Below are positions 27,502 to 36,939 of a stretch of DNA of 64,000 nt, one piece after another. A program made the translations under genes and the position numbers. This stretch comes from Xanthobacteraceae bacterium (GTDB lineage: Bacteria > Pseudomonadota > Alphaproteobacteria > Rhizobiales > Xanthobacteraceae), in the NCBI GenBank assembly GCA_031291475.1, contig JARLIY010000171.1, forward strand, positions 120,920 through 184,919. Direction: 5' to 3'. The notes under the pieces are model-generated. The model saw only the letters and a list, made by a program, of their open reading frames with translations, did no database searches and had not been told where the DNA came from. The stretch's first letter is position 1. Every line of letters begins with the position of its first letter.

Positions 27502-28110
27502 TCACCGCCAGACGCCGTAGTCGCCGACCGAGATGTTCGGCGCCTCAAGCATGCCGTCCGGAAGCTTTTTCGCGGCAACAATGAAGATTTTTTCACCCGG
27601 CTTGACATCGCTCAGGGTCGCGCGGGTGGAGGTGACGATTTCGGTCGTCGGCGGCACGATGACCTTCTGTTCGCCGCTCTTATATTTCAAAACCAGCGTC
27701 TGGCCGTCCACGCTTTCGACCGCGTTGTCCACGGTGCCATTCGTCATCGTGCTGTTCGGCGTCAGGTCCCATGGCCGGAAGCCTTCCGCGATGCCGCGCA
27801 GCGCCTCCGGGAAGATGAGGATCGCCACGGCCTTCTGACTGCCGTCCGGCTGCGGCATGGCGGTAACGGCGATGTATGAGTTCGGCTTGATATCGGCCAG
27901 GGAGGCCTTAACGATCGCGTTCACCGGTGCGCTGTCGGCGACCTTTACCTTCATCGTTGCGCCGTTGCGTTCTTTTACGCTCAATATCTGGCCATCCACG
28001 CTTTCGATCGTGCCGCGTACGCGCACGATGTCCGGAGCTTGCGCCGCCGCCATCGAGGCGGCAAAGATGAGCGCGCAGACGCTCACGCCAATCGTCCGGT
28101 GTTTGGTCAT
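27502..28110 (-). CDS. Periplasmic protein with an internally duplicated beta-rich domain (DUF5666-like)
   Basis: Signal peptide, plus two similar modules (VRGTIESVDGQILSVKERNG...IKPNSYIAV and VDNAVESVDGQTLVLKYKSG...VKPGEKIFIV). Confidence 0.6.
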   Translation of the reverse strand: MTKHRTIGVSVCALIFAASMAAAQAPDIVRVRGTIESVDGQILSVKERNGATMKVKVADSAPVNAIVKASLADIKPNSYIAVTAMPQPDGSQKAVAILIFPEALRGIAEGFRPWDLTPNSTMTNGTVDNAVESVDGQTLVLKYKSGEQKVIVPPTTEIVTSTRATLSDVKPGEKIFIVAAKKLPDGMLEAPNISVGDYGVWR

Positions 28111-28213
28111 TGCTGCCTCGCAATCCTGATCGCCCGTGGCGAAGACGGTAGCGGATTAACTTGCGACTGGAAAACGCAACTGCATCGCAGCAAAACACAA
28201 CTGCGTTATCCGC

Positions 28214-29047
28214 TCACGTTTTCCCGTCGGCGAGGTCGGCCTCGACCAGCACCCGCAATTCCGCGCTCACCGTGGGCGTTGTCCCAAACCACAGCGCGAA
28301 GCCGCGCACGGCTTGATGCAGCAGCATGCCGAGCCCGTCGGCAGTGCGCAATCCACGGCTTTTGGCGGCGGCGATGAGCGGCGTCACCGCGGGCGCATAA
28401 ATCAGGTCGGCGACGACCGCCTGGGCGGGCAGACGCGTGACGTCGAGAGCGAGAGGTGGCTGTCCTTGCATCCCGAGCGTTGTGGTGTTGACCAAAAGCG
28501 AAGCGTCGGCGAGCGCGGTGTCGCGTTCTTCCCAGCGAGCCGATTGCACGCGCGCGCCGAAGGTTTGGCGCAAAGCCTCGGCGCGTGACAGTGTGCGGTT
28601 GACGGCAATAATCCGCTGCGCGCCGCGGCTGAGAAGCCCGTAGATGACCGCGCGGGCCGCGCCGCCCGAGCCGAGCAATACGGCTTTGCCCAGGTTGCGA
28701 TCCCATGCCGGCGCGCGTGCATCGAGGTTGCTCAAAAAACCCTCGACGTCGGTGTTGGTCGAACGCAGCACGCCGTCGTCGAGCCAAAGCGTGTTGGCGG
28801 CGCCGATCGCGCGCGCGCGTTCGTCGGGCTGCGATGCCACGAGCGCTGCTTCCTTGTGCGGCAAGGTGACGTTGGCGCCGACATAGCCGCGCGCCGCGAG
28901 CGATCCGACGAAAGCTACGAACTCTTCCCGCGGCACCAGCTCGCGCCGATAATCGCCGGCAATGCCGTAATGCTTGAGCCAGTAATTGTGAATGAGCGGC
29001 GAGCGCGAGTGCTCGACCGGCCAGCCGATGACGCAAGCCGCGCGCAT
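28214..29047 (-). CDS. aroE: Shikimate (or quinate/shikimate) 5-dehydrogenase
   Basis: GWPVEHSRSPLIHNYW, NVTLPHK, NTDVEGF, and GSGGAARAV motifs. Start at ATG 29047, 9 nt after the upstream FAH-family stop. Confidence 0.88.
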   Translation of the reverse strand: MRAACVIGWPVEHSRSPLIHNYWLKHYGIAGDYRRELVPREEFVAFVGSLAARGYVGANVTLPHKEAALVASQPDERARAIGAANTLWLDDGVLRSTNTDVEGFLSNLDARAPAWDRNLGKAVLLGSGGAARAVIYGLLSRGAQRIIAVNRTLSRAEALRQTFGARVQSARWEERDTALADASLLVNTTTLGMQGQPPLALDVTRLPAQAVVADLIYAPAVTPLIAAAKSRGLRTADGLGMLLHQAVRGFALWFGTTPTVSAELRVLVEADLADGKT

Positions 29048-29055
29048 GATTCCCG

Positions 29056-29901
29056 TCACGCCTCGTCCGCCACGACATTGCGCAACACGCCGATGTCGGG
29101 GCATTCGACTTCGACGGTGTCGCCGGGCTTGAGCCACACCAGCGGGTCGCTTTTCGGTTCCTTCTTCGCCGGCGTGCCGGTGGTGACGATGTCGCCCGGC
29201 TTGAGCGTCATGAAGGTCGTGATGTAGGCGATCAGATCGGTGAAGGAAAAGATCATGTTCGCCGTGGTGTCGTCCTGGGTGACTTCGCCGTTCTTGCGCA
29301 CGACGAGGTGCAGCGGCTTTCCCGGATCGGCGTCGGTTTCGATCCACGGGCCGATGCTGCCGCTGGCGTCGAAATTCTTGCCCTGGGTGACGTTGAACTT
29401 GCCGTGGCGGATCCAATCGCGGATCGTGCCCTCGTTGCAGAGCGTCAGGCCGGCGATCACGGAGAGCGCGCCGTCCTTCGGCACGTGCTTGCACTCGCGC
29501 CCGATCACCATGGCGATCTCGCCCTCGTAATCGAGTTGCTCGGAGATCTTCGGCCGGATGAGCTTTTGTCCGTGCCCGACCAGCGACTTCGGCGCCCGGT
29601 AGAACATGCTCGGATATTTCGGCCGCTCGGCCATATCGTAGTCCTTGGTGCGGTCGCCGTAGTTGATGCCGATGCAGAGAATCTTCTCCGGCGCGGACAA
29701 GGGCGGCAGCAGCTCGACCTCGGCGAGCGGCACTTCGGGCCGCACGCCTTCGATCGCGGCTCGCGCCTCGTTGAGCGCCTGCGCCCGAAAGACGTCGAGC
29801 AGTGTGGCGAATCGGCCGCGGGCGCGCAAATCGACGATGCCCTCGCCGACGACCGCACCGAAACTCGGCCGGCCGCGCAGATTATAGCTTGCAAGGCGCA
29901 T
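29056..29901 (-). CDS. Fumarylacetoacetate hydrolase (FAH)-family protein (HpaG/decarboxylase-isomerase-like)
   Basis: KILCIGINY, LDYEGEIAMVIG, and LKPGDIVTTGTP. Start at ATG 29901 follows GGAGAGG. Confidence 0.8.
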   Translation of the reverse strand: MRLASYNLRGRPSFGAVVGEGIVDLRARGRFATLLDVFRAQALNEARAAIEGVRPEVPLAEVELLPPLSAPEKILCIGINYGDRTKDYDMAERPKYPSMFYRAPKSLVGHGQKLIRPKISEQLDYEGEIAMVIGRECKHVPKDGALSVIAGLTLCNEGTIRDWIRHGKFNVTQGKNFDASGSIGPWIETDADPGKPLHLVVRKNGEVTQDDTTANMIFSFTDLIAYITTFMTLKPGDIVTTGTPAKKEPKSDPLVWLKPGDTVEVECPDIGVLRNVVADEA

Positions 29902-29981
29902 GTCGCCTCTCCGGTCCTGGGCTTCCGTCACCCGCGCGATGTGTTAGAAGTCGGCACAGGAACCGTCAACGGCGATCGATC

Positions 29982-30965
29982 ATGCCGATCAGCGATCCGG
30001 TCTTCGACCCGCCTTTCAATATCGTGCGCGCCAGCCATGTCGAGCTTGGCGTACGCGATCTTGGCCGCTCGCGCGCGTTCTACGTCGATTGCCTCGGCCT
30101 TCTGGTCAGCGACGAAAGCCGCGATGCGCTTTATTTGCGCGGCGTCGAGGAACGCAATCATCACTCGCTGGTCTTGCGGCGTTCGCGCGAGCCTGACGTG
30201 CGCGCGCTCGGTTTCAAGCTCGCCAGCGAGGACGACATCGACCGAGCCGCCTTCTGGTTTGGCCGCCGCAACCTGCCGACCTCGTTTCCCGATTTGCCGC
30301 ATCAGGGCCGCACGTTGCGCACCGCCGACCTCTTCGGCATGCCGCTCGACCTTTACGCGCAGATGGATCGCGCCGAATCCAGGCTTCAGCATTACAGCGC
30401 GCACCAGGGCGCGCGCATCCAGCGCATCGATCATCTCAACTGCTTCACACCCGACGTGCAGGCGAGCTACGACTTCTACCGCGAGCTCGGCTTCCGCCTG
30501 ACCGAATACACCGAGACCGACGGCGACGATGCCGAGCTTTGGGCGGTGTGGATGCATCGAAAGGGCAACGTCCACGACCTTGCTTTGACCAACGGCACAG
30601 GTCCCCGGCTGCATCACGTCGGCCTGTGGACGCCGGGCGTGCTCGACATCATCCACATCTGCGACGTGATGGCGACCAGCGGCTATCTCGCCAACATGGA
30701 ACGCGGCCCGGGCCGACACGGCATTTCCAATGCCTTCTTCCTCTATATGCGCGACCCCGACGGACACCGGGTCGAATTGTTCACCTCCGACTACCTGACC
30801 GTCGATCCCGACCACGCCCCGATCCGCTGGTCGCTGACCGATCCGCGGCGGCAAACCTTGTGGGGCCAGCCGGCGCCCGCATCGTGGTTCAACGAAGGCT
30901 CCGTTTTCTCCGGCGTCGTGCCGCGCGCGCCCGTGCTCGAAGCGCGGCCGATCGTAGCGATGTAG
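29982..30965 (+). CDS. hpaD: 3,4-dihydroxyphenylacetate (homoprotocatechuate) 2,3-dioxygenase-like type I extradiol dioxygenase
   Basis: Close collinearity with my recollection of HPCD/MndD: RIDHLNCFTPDV, WMHRKGNVHDLALTNGTGPRLHHVG, ERGPGRHGISNAFFLYMRDPDGHRVELF. Confidence 0.8.
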   Translation: MPISDPVFDPPFNIVRASHVELGVRDLGRSRAFYVDCLGLLVSDESRDALYLRGVEERNHHSLVLRRSREPDVRALGFKLASEDDIDRAAFWFGRRNLPTSFPDLPHQGRTLRTADLFGMPLDLYAQMDRAESRLQHYSAHQGARIQRIDHLNCFTPDVQASYDFYRELGFRLTEYTETDGDDAELWAVWMHRKGNVHDLALTNGTGPRLHHVGLWTPGVLDIIHICDVMATSGYLANMERGPGRHGISNAFFLYMRDPDGHRVELFTSDYLTVDPDHAPIRWSLTDPRRQTLWGQPAPASWFNEGSVFSGVVPRAPVLEARPIVAM

Positions 30966-30987
30966 GCGCGCGAACGCGCCGGCGCAA

Positions 30988-32454
30988 TCAGGCGGCGCGG
31001 TCGCGGTGGGAGATTTCGACCACGCGGGCGCGGGCGGCGAGCGCGTCGACCAGTGCATCGGCCTTGGCCTTGTTCGCCGCGTCGAGATTGGCGTCCCACT
31101 CGTCGAGCAGATAGACCTTGGCGTCGGTCGCGTTGACGATTTCCTCGAGCGATTTGAGCTGCCGCTCGCCGGTGGAGAAGCCGAGCTTCTTGTCCATCGA
31201 TTCGGCGACCACGACCACCTCGCCCTCGTGATCGCCTTCGACGTCGACGGGTACGACGCCGCCGGTAAACTTGAACGCCAGCCGGTCCGAGGCCGGCCAG
31301 TAGAAAGCGCGACGGCGCATTTCGGTTTTCAGGCTCGCCAATAGCGAGGATTTGCCGGTGCCATTGCCCCCGCGCACGTTGATGCGGCCGGTTGGTCGCG
31401 CCTGCACGATGCGCAGCGCGTCGTTCACCGAGGAGACGACGTTGGCGTCCTCGCCTTCGCGCAGCACCAGCCGGTCGAATTTGATGCGCTCGTCGAACGT
31501 CGCATCGGCCAACGGCAGCATGTTGGCGGCGACGCCGCCGAAGCGCGTCCAGATGGCGATGAAATCGTTCCAGCCGGTGGCCAGCAGATGCAGCTCGTAG
31601 GTCATCTCGATCTGCCGCGGCAGCGTGGTCGCCAGCGCAACCAGCATGATCGTGTTCCCCCGGTCGTGCACCGCCACGACCGTGATGGTGGCGAAGACGA
31701 TGGCCAGGCTGACGATGCCGCTCATCGCGCTCATGCCCTCGCGCGCTACGATGGCGCGGATCTGGGCGACCAACGCTTCGCGCAGGCGGCGTTTGAACTC
31801 GGCGAGCCAGAGCCGGAGGTTGTAGCGGTTGCCGCTGAAGATATTGTCCCACGCGGTATAGCCCTGCGCGGTGACGCGGTTGTTCATGCGCTGGTTTTCG
31901 AGATAGGTCCGGGTGATCGGTTTCTGCAGCGCCCACTGCATCAGGAGCAGCGCGCCGAAGGCGCCGACATAGGCGAACGGCAGGCTCACATCGATTTCGG
32001 CGCCCAGCACGATGGCGTTGAAGACGAGCCCGAGCAGGAGCTTCAGCGTGAATTCAAGCTCGTACATGAGGTTGAAGAAGCACTGGAACGTCTCACCGGT
32101 GAGGAACGGCTCGACCTGCTCGCGCGCCGTCTTGTCGCCGAACAGCTTGACCTTGCCGCGGTTCTCGCGCGCGAAGCGCAGCATGAATTTGCCGAAGCCG
32201 CGATAGCCAGCACGCTCGGCGAAAATCCAGCTGATGACGCCGGCGACGTATGAGGCCGATTGCGCGGTCAAAATCCAGACCAGATCGTTGATGAGGAATT
32301 CGCCGACCGCGACTTTGCGGCCGGCGCTGATGACGAGCCAGGTGGTCGCCGCCGCGAGCATCGCTTCGGCCACCATCAGCGCGATCATCCCGAATAGCGA
32401 GGGAGAGAGTAGATAGCCCGCCAGTTCGACGCGTGAGATCTGCTTTTCGTTCAT
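30988..32454 (-). CDS. Atypical fused TMD-ABC ATPase with a very compact nucleotide-binding domain
   Basis: About 6 N-terminal hydrophobic helices. Walker A GGNGTGKSS, signature-like FSTGERQ, Walker B/D-loop VYLLDEWDANLD, and H-loop EISHR are all packed into about 140 aa. Confidence 0.65.
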   Translation of the reverse strand: MNEKQISRVELAGYLLSPSLFGMIALMVAEAMLAAATTWLVISAGRKVAVGEFLINDLVWILTAQSASYVAGVISWIFAERAGYRGFGKFMLRFARENRGKVKLFGDKTAREQVEPFLTGETFQCFFNLMYELEFTLKLLLGLVFNAIVLGAEIDVSLPFAYVGAFGALLLMQWALQKPITRTYLENQRMNNRVTAQGYTAWDNIFSGNRYNLRLWLAEFKRRLREALVAQIRAIVAREGMSAMSGIVSLAIVFATITVVAVHDRGNTIMLVALATTLPRQIEMTYELHLLATGWNDFIAIWTRFGGVAANMLPLADATFDERIKFDRLVLREGEDANVVSSVNDALRIVQARPTGRINVRGGNGTGKSSLLASLKTEMRRRAFYWPASDRLAFKFTGGVVPVDVEGDHEGEVVVVAESMDKKLGFSTGERQLKSLEEIVNATDAKVYLLDEWDANLDAANKAKADALVDALAARARVVEISHRDRAA

Positions 32455-32539
32455 GGCTTTCCGCTGCGCGCGTCGCGCGACTCGTTATCGTCCGCTTTCA
32501 TCCTACATCCGAGAAAGCGAAATAAAATCAGCAATTCGA

Positions 32540-33181
32540 TCAAGCTTGAGCCCGCGCGGCCCGCTGCCGCGCCAACTCGCCTTCCAGCTTGCCAATATTC
32601 TCGAACAGCCGCGCCGTCGCCAGCCGCAGGAAGTAAAAGCCGAAGGTCGGGTTCTGGTAATAAAGCTGCTCGACTTGCTCGTAGGTAATCGAGAGCACGA
32701 CGCCGTCTTCGATGCATTCGAGCGTCGCCGTGCGCCGATTGTCCGGCGCCAGCATCGCCAGCTCGCCCACCACCTGATCGGGCGTGATTTCGATGCCGAG
32801 CTCGACGAGCACGTAGCGTCCGGTCACGGTGTAGAACATCTCTTGTGCGACTTCGCCCTTGGCGAACAACAGGTCGCCCTTGCGGAAATGGCGCTCCGCC
32901 ATGAACGGCTTGAGCCAGTCGAGCGACGGCTTGCCGCGGATCGCTTCGCGCACGTTGCGGATCAGGACGAGCATCTGGTAGAGGCGGTATGCGTTGAGCG
33001 GCAGCGCGACCGCTTGCATCGCCAGCGGAACCCAGCCGTGCGCGACCGCGAAAACGGTGATCAGGAAGCAATTCGCGATAATGGCAAGGATGCGCAGCGG
33101 CACCATCGTCTTGGTCGAAGCGGTCGCCACGATGAACAGCGATGCACCGCTGGTGAAGAACTCGGTCCAGTGCGTGTCCAT
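32540..33181 (-). CDS. Small membrane protein with C-terminal cyclic-nucleotide-binding domain (2-3 TM + CNBD)
   Basis: Phosphate-binding cassette VGELAMLAPDNRRTATL. N-terminal hydrophobic helices. Start at ATG 33181 follows GGAGGG. Confidence 0.7.
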   Translation of the reverse strand: MDTHWTEFFTSGASLFIVATASTKTMVPLRILAIIANCFLITVFAVAHGWVPLAMQAVALPLNAYRLYQMLVLIRNVREAIRGKPSLDWLKPFMAERHFRKGDLLFAKGEVAQEMFYTVTGRYVLVELGIEITPDQVVGELAMLAPDNRRTATLECIEDGVVLSITYEQVEQLYYQNPTFGFYFLRLATARLFENIGKLEGELARQRAARAQA

Positions 33182-33311
33182 AATCGTCCCTCCGCGCTTT
33201 CCTTCGGTTGCCGCCGCGCAATTTCGACTGGTGATGCGAACTCCGACGGCGTAATTTATCGGCCGGAAGGGCGCACGGATTGCAGCCCGTTTGGCGGCCA
33301 TTAAACGCGTG

Positions 33312-34466
33312 ATGTCGGAAAGCGCACCCTCCAGTCTGAGTCATTATAGCGCACCGCTGCGCCGTTTCGGGGCGTCGTTGCTGGTGCGCTATGTGGCGAT
33401 CGGCGCCGGTCTCATCGCTATGACGGTGCTGACCGTGCCCGAGGCGCGCAGCGCCTCGGGCCTCTGGCTGCAGGCCTTGCTGTGGTGCTGCTTCGCCTAT
33501 TTCGCCATCGACTGCGGGTTGCGCCTGCGCAGCGCCTGGCGCCTCGGCGCGGCGCGGCACTATCTCCTTTCGGCGCCGGGCGTGATCGACATTCTCGGCG
33601 TGCTGCCCGTGCCGATCGCGCTCGGCTTCGGCGCTCCGGCGGAAACCGCCTGGCTCCTGGCCAGCCTCTGGGTGCTCAAGCTCGCGCAAAATTCGCCCGG
33701 CTTCGCCCAGCTCGGCCGCGTGTTCGTGCTCGAAGCAAGACCGCTTGCCAGCGTGCTGGTGCTGTTCCTCATCGCGCTGTTCCTCGCTTCCGCCGCCATG
33801 CATGTGATCGAGCGCGAAGGCCAGCCGACGGCGTTCGGCACGCTGCCCGCGAGCTTGTGGTGGGCGGTGGTGACGCTGACCACCACCGGCTACGGCGATG
33901 AAGTGCCGCTGACGAATCTCGGCCATCTGCTCGGCGCCGCGGTGATGATCTGCGGCATCGCCACCTTCGGTTTGTGGACTGGCATTTTGGCCACCGGCTT
34001 TGCCGCCGAAAGCCGGCGGCGCAATTTCATCCAGACCTGGGACGTGGTCAGCAAGGTGCCGTTCTTCAAGACGCTCGATCCGACGGCGATCACCGAGATC
34101 ACCCACACGCTGCGCCGCATAGAATTGCCCCCGCGCACCGCCGTCATCCGCCGCGGCAAGATCGGCGACTGCATGTACTTCATCGCTGCCGGCGAAGTGC
34201 AGGTTGATGTCGCGCCGACGCCGGTGCTTCTCGGCGCCGGCACGTTCTTCGGCGAGCTCGCCTTGCTCGGCGACCAGGTTCGCACCGCCGACGTCGTCAC
34301 CACCAAGCAATCGACGCTGCTGGTGCTCGATCTGGCCGATTTCCGCGAGCTGATGGCGCACCATACCGAGCTCGCCGGCGCCATCGAGGCCGAGGCCGAG
34401 CGGCGGCTTGGCGACATCAAGCGCCGGCGCGAGCTGCATCTGCACGGCGGCGCGCCGTCGCCGTGA
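33312..34466 (+). CDS. Cyclic-nucleotide-gated K+ channel (MlotiK1/MloK1 type)
   Basis: Selectivity filter TLTTTGYGD and C-terminal CNBD (FFGELALLGDQVRTADV). Six TM helices are expected. ATG 33312 chosen; TTG 33291 is possible. Confidence 0.85.
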   Translation: MSESAPSSLSHYSAPLRRFGASLLVRYVAIGAGLIAMTVLTVPEARSASGLWLQALLWCCFAYFAIDCGLRLRSAWRLGAARHYLLSAPGVIDILGVLPVPIALGFGAPAETAWLLASLWVLKLAQNSPGFAQLGRVFVLEARPLASVLVLFLIALFLASAAMHVIEREGQPTAFGTLPASLWWAVVTLTTTGYGDEVPLTNLGHLLGAAVMICGIATFGLWTGILATGFAAESRRRNFIQTWDVVSKVPFFKTLDPTAITEITHTLRRIELPPRTAVIRRGKIGDCMYFIAAGEVQVDVAPTPVLLGAGTFFGELALLGDQVRTADVVTTKQSTLLVLDLADFRELMAHHTELAGAIEAEAERRLGDIKRRRELHLHGGAPSP

Positions 34467-34503
34467 CCGCAACCGCTTTCCCGCGTCCATTACACTCAGT
34501 TCC

Positions 34504-35811
34504 ATGACCATATCGCTGAATGAAACGCACGATCCGGCGCGAAGGAGCTTCGTCGACAGCGCCAACGCGCCCGGCTGCGAGTTTCCCATCCAGAATTTGC
34601 CGTTCGGCGTGTTTCGCCCGGCGGCCGGAGAGCCGCCGCGCGTCGGCGTGGCGATCGGCGATCAGATTCTCGATGTCGCAGCGGCGGCTCCGTCGTTTAA
34701 CGGGCCCGCTGCCGCGGCGGCGAAAACTTGCGCCGCGCCGGCGCTCAATCGCCTGATGGCGCTCGGCCCGGAAGCCGCCTCGGCGTTGCGGCTCGCGCTG
34801 TCGCGGGCGTTGAGTGTCGAGCACGGCGACGAAAGCCTGCGCCGGCATCTCGTGCCGATGGCGCAAGCGGAGATCGTTTTGCCGGTCGCGATCGGCGACT
34901 TCACCGATTTCTACGCCTCGGTGTTCCACGCCACCAATGTCGGGCGTATGTTGCGGCCGGAAAGCCCGCTGATGCCGAACTACAAATACGTGCCGGTCGC
35001 CTATCACGGCCGCGCTTCGTCGGTGCGCGTCAGCGGCACGCCCATCAAGCGCCCGCAAGGCCAGCGCAAGCGCGCCGAAGACGCCGCGCCGAGCTACGGG
35101 CCTTCGCGCAATCTCGATTTCGAGCTCGAGCTCGGCCTCTATATCGGCGCGCCGTCGGAACTCGGCGATACGATTCCGGTCGGGACGGCGGCGGAGCATA
35201 TCTTCGGCTTTTGTCTCCTCAACGACTGGTCGGCGCGCGACGTTCAGGGCTGGGAATACCAGCCGCTTGGCCCGTTCCTCGGCAAGAATTTCGCCACCAC
35301 CGTGTCGCCCTGGGTGGTGATGCGGGAGGCTTTGGCGCCGTTTCGCGTGCCGGCATTCGCGCGGCCGCAGGGCGATCCGGCGCCGCTGCCTTATCTCGAC
35401 GATGCCGCCGACCAGGCGCAAGGCGGCCTCGCCGTCACGCTCGAAGCCTATTTGGCCAGCGAGAAGATGCGCCGCGCCGGCATCGCGCCGTTGCGCCTGA
35501 CCCAGACGTCGTTCGCCAACGTCTATTGGACCGTGGCGCAAATGGTCGCCCACCACGCCAGCAACGGCTGCAATCTCCTCACCGGCGATCTCATCGGCTC
35601 GGGCACCGTCTCCGGCCCGGAGAAGACGAGCCTCGGCTCGCTGCTCGAATTGACTGCGCGGGGCCGCGAGCCGATCGCGCTGCCGGGCGGCCAGCAGCGC
35701 GCCTTCATCGAGGACGGCGACGAGATCATCTTCCGCGGCTTTGCGGAAAAACCCGGCTATCCGCGCATCGGCTTCGGCGAATGCCGCGCCGTCATTTTAC
35801 CGGCGGGGTGA
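34504..35811 (+). CDS. fahA: Fumarylacetoacetase (EC 3.7.1.2)
   Basis: FPIQNLPFGVF N-terminal domain, DFELELG, and FGFCLLNDWSARD motifs; 435 aa. Confidence 0.9.
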   Translation: MTISLNETHDPARRSFVDSANAPGCEFPIQNLPFGVFRPAAGEPPRVGVAIGDQILDVAAAAPSFNGPAAAAAKTCAAPALNRLMALGPEAASALRLALSRALSVEHGDESLRRHLVPMAQAEIVLPVAIGDFTDFYASVFHATNVGRMLRPESPLMPNYKYVPVAYHGRASSVRVSGTPIKRPQGQRKRAEDAAPSYGPSRNLDFELELGLYIGAPSELGDTIPVGTAAEHIFGFCLLNDWSARDVQGWEYQPLGPFLGKNFATTVSPWVVMREALAPFRVPAFARPQGDPAPLPYLDDAADQAQGGLAVTLEAYLASEKMRRAGIAPLRLTQTSFANVYWTVAQMVAHHASNGCNLLTGDLIGSGTVSGPEKTSLGSLLELTARGREPIALPGGQQRAFIEDGDEIIFRGFAEKPGYPRIGFGECRAVILPAG

Positions 35812-35844
35812 CGTAAGGGTCTTCTCCCCGCTGACGCCGGTTTG

Positions 35845-36936
35845 TTACTCCACCGGCGCCCATTTCTGGAGACGTTTGCCGGTATCGACTTCGCCGGTAT
35901 AGAAATTGCCGCGCGAGTCGAACGCTGCGGCGTGCACCCAATGCAGTTCGCCGGCGCCGCGCCCGGGCCGGCCGTAACTGCCGACCACGACGCCATCGCG
36001 GCGGCGCACCGTCTCGATGACGTTGCTGGTGCCGTCGATCAGGATGAAGTAATTCTGCGTCTTGTCGAGCGGCGAAAACGCCAGGCCCCAGGCGGAGCCC
36101 GGTCCTTTCGTGTTCGCATCGAACACGAATTGCCGCACGAAGCTGCCGTCCTTGCGAAAAACCTGCACGCGGTTGTTGCTGCGGTCACAGACATAGACCA
36201 GGCCGTCCTTGCCGAGCGCAATGCAATGCACCGGGTTGGCGAATTGCGGTGAATCGGGATTGTACGGCGGCAACGCGTCATCGGTCGGCGGCTTGCCGTA
36301 GGCGCCCCAGACGCGCTTGATCTCGCCGGAGTCGCCGTCGAACACCGCGACGCGATGGTTGCCGTAACCGTCGGCGGCATAAATTTCGTTCGCCGCTTTA
36401 TCGAGCGCGAGCGCGGCAACCATGCCGAATTGGCTCAAGTCCGCGCTGTTGGTCAGCGCGCCGCTTTTGCCAATTTGTTTGACGAATTTGCCGTCGGTGG
36501 TGAACTTGAGCACCATATTGTCGCCTTTGCCGTTGCCGGAAAGCCAGACGAAGCCCTTGTCGTCGACCAGGATGCCGTGCTCCTGCAGCGGCCAGTCGTA
36601 GCCGAGATTATCGCCCGGCCCGCCCCACGACTTCACCACGTCGCCGGCCTGGTTGAACACGAGCACCGAGGGCGCCGGCGCACAGCACTTCGAGCGCGGC
36701 GGGTCGAGCGTCGCGCCTTTTTCATCGTCGGTCAGCGAGCGCGGCCGCTGAAACACCCAGACATTGTCCTTCGCATCGGTCGCGATACCGCCGATCTGCC
36801 CGAGGATCCAGTTGTTGGGCAAAGGCTTCGGCCAGAACGGATCGACCCGAAATGCCGGGCTTTGCGCGTGCGCCGAAAGCGTGGCGAGCAAAAGCGCGCC
36901 GCAGATGACGAACGTCCTCGGCCATGAGTTTCGCAT
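35845..36936 (-). CDS. Secreted NHL-repeat beta-propeller protein (peptidyl-alpha-hydroxyglycine lyase-like)
   Basis: Signal peptide and repeated blades such as IYAADGYGNHRVAVFD and VYVCDRSNNRVQVF. Confidence 0.65.
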   Translation of the reverse strand: MRNSWPRTFVICGALLLATLSAHAQSPAFRVDPFWPKPLPNNWILGQIGGIATDAKDNVWVFQRPRSLTDDEKGATLDPPRSKCCAPAPSVLVFNQAGDVVKSWGGPGDNLGYDWPLQEHGILVDDKGFVWLSGNGKGDNMVLKFTTDGKFVKQIGKSGALTNSADLSQFGMVAALALDKAANEIYAADGYGNHRVAVFDGDSGEIKRVWGAYGKPPTDDALPPYNPDSPQFANPVHCIALGKDGLVYVCDRSNNRVQVFRKDGSFVRQFVFDANTKGPGSAWGLAFSPLDKTQNYFILIDGTSNVIETVRRRDGVVVGSYGRPGRGAGELHWVHAAAFDSRGNFYTGEVDTGKRLQKWAPVE

Positions 36937-36939
36937 TCG

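Noticed and set aside
28140-28205. Near-direct repeat aaaacgcaactgc / aaaacacaactgc with the small palindrome ctgcatcgcag upstream of the DUF5666-like gene
   Set aside because: It is short, imperfect and unsupported by any adjacent regulator gene. It could easily be chance in an AT-richer promoter region.
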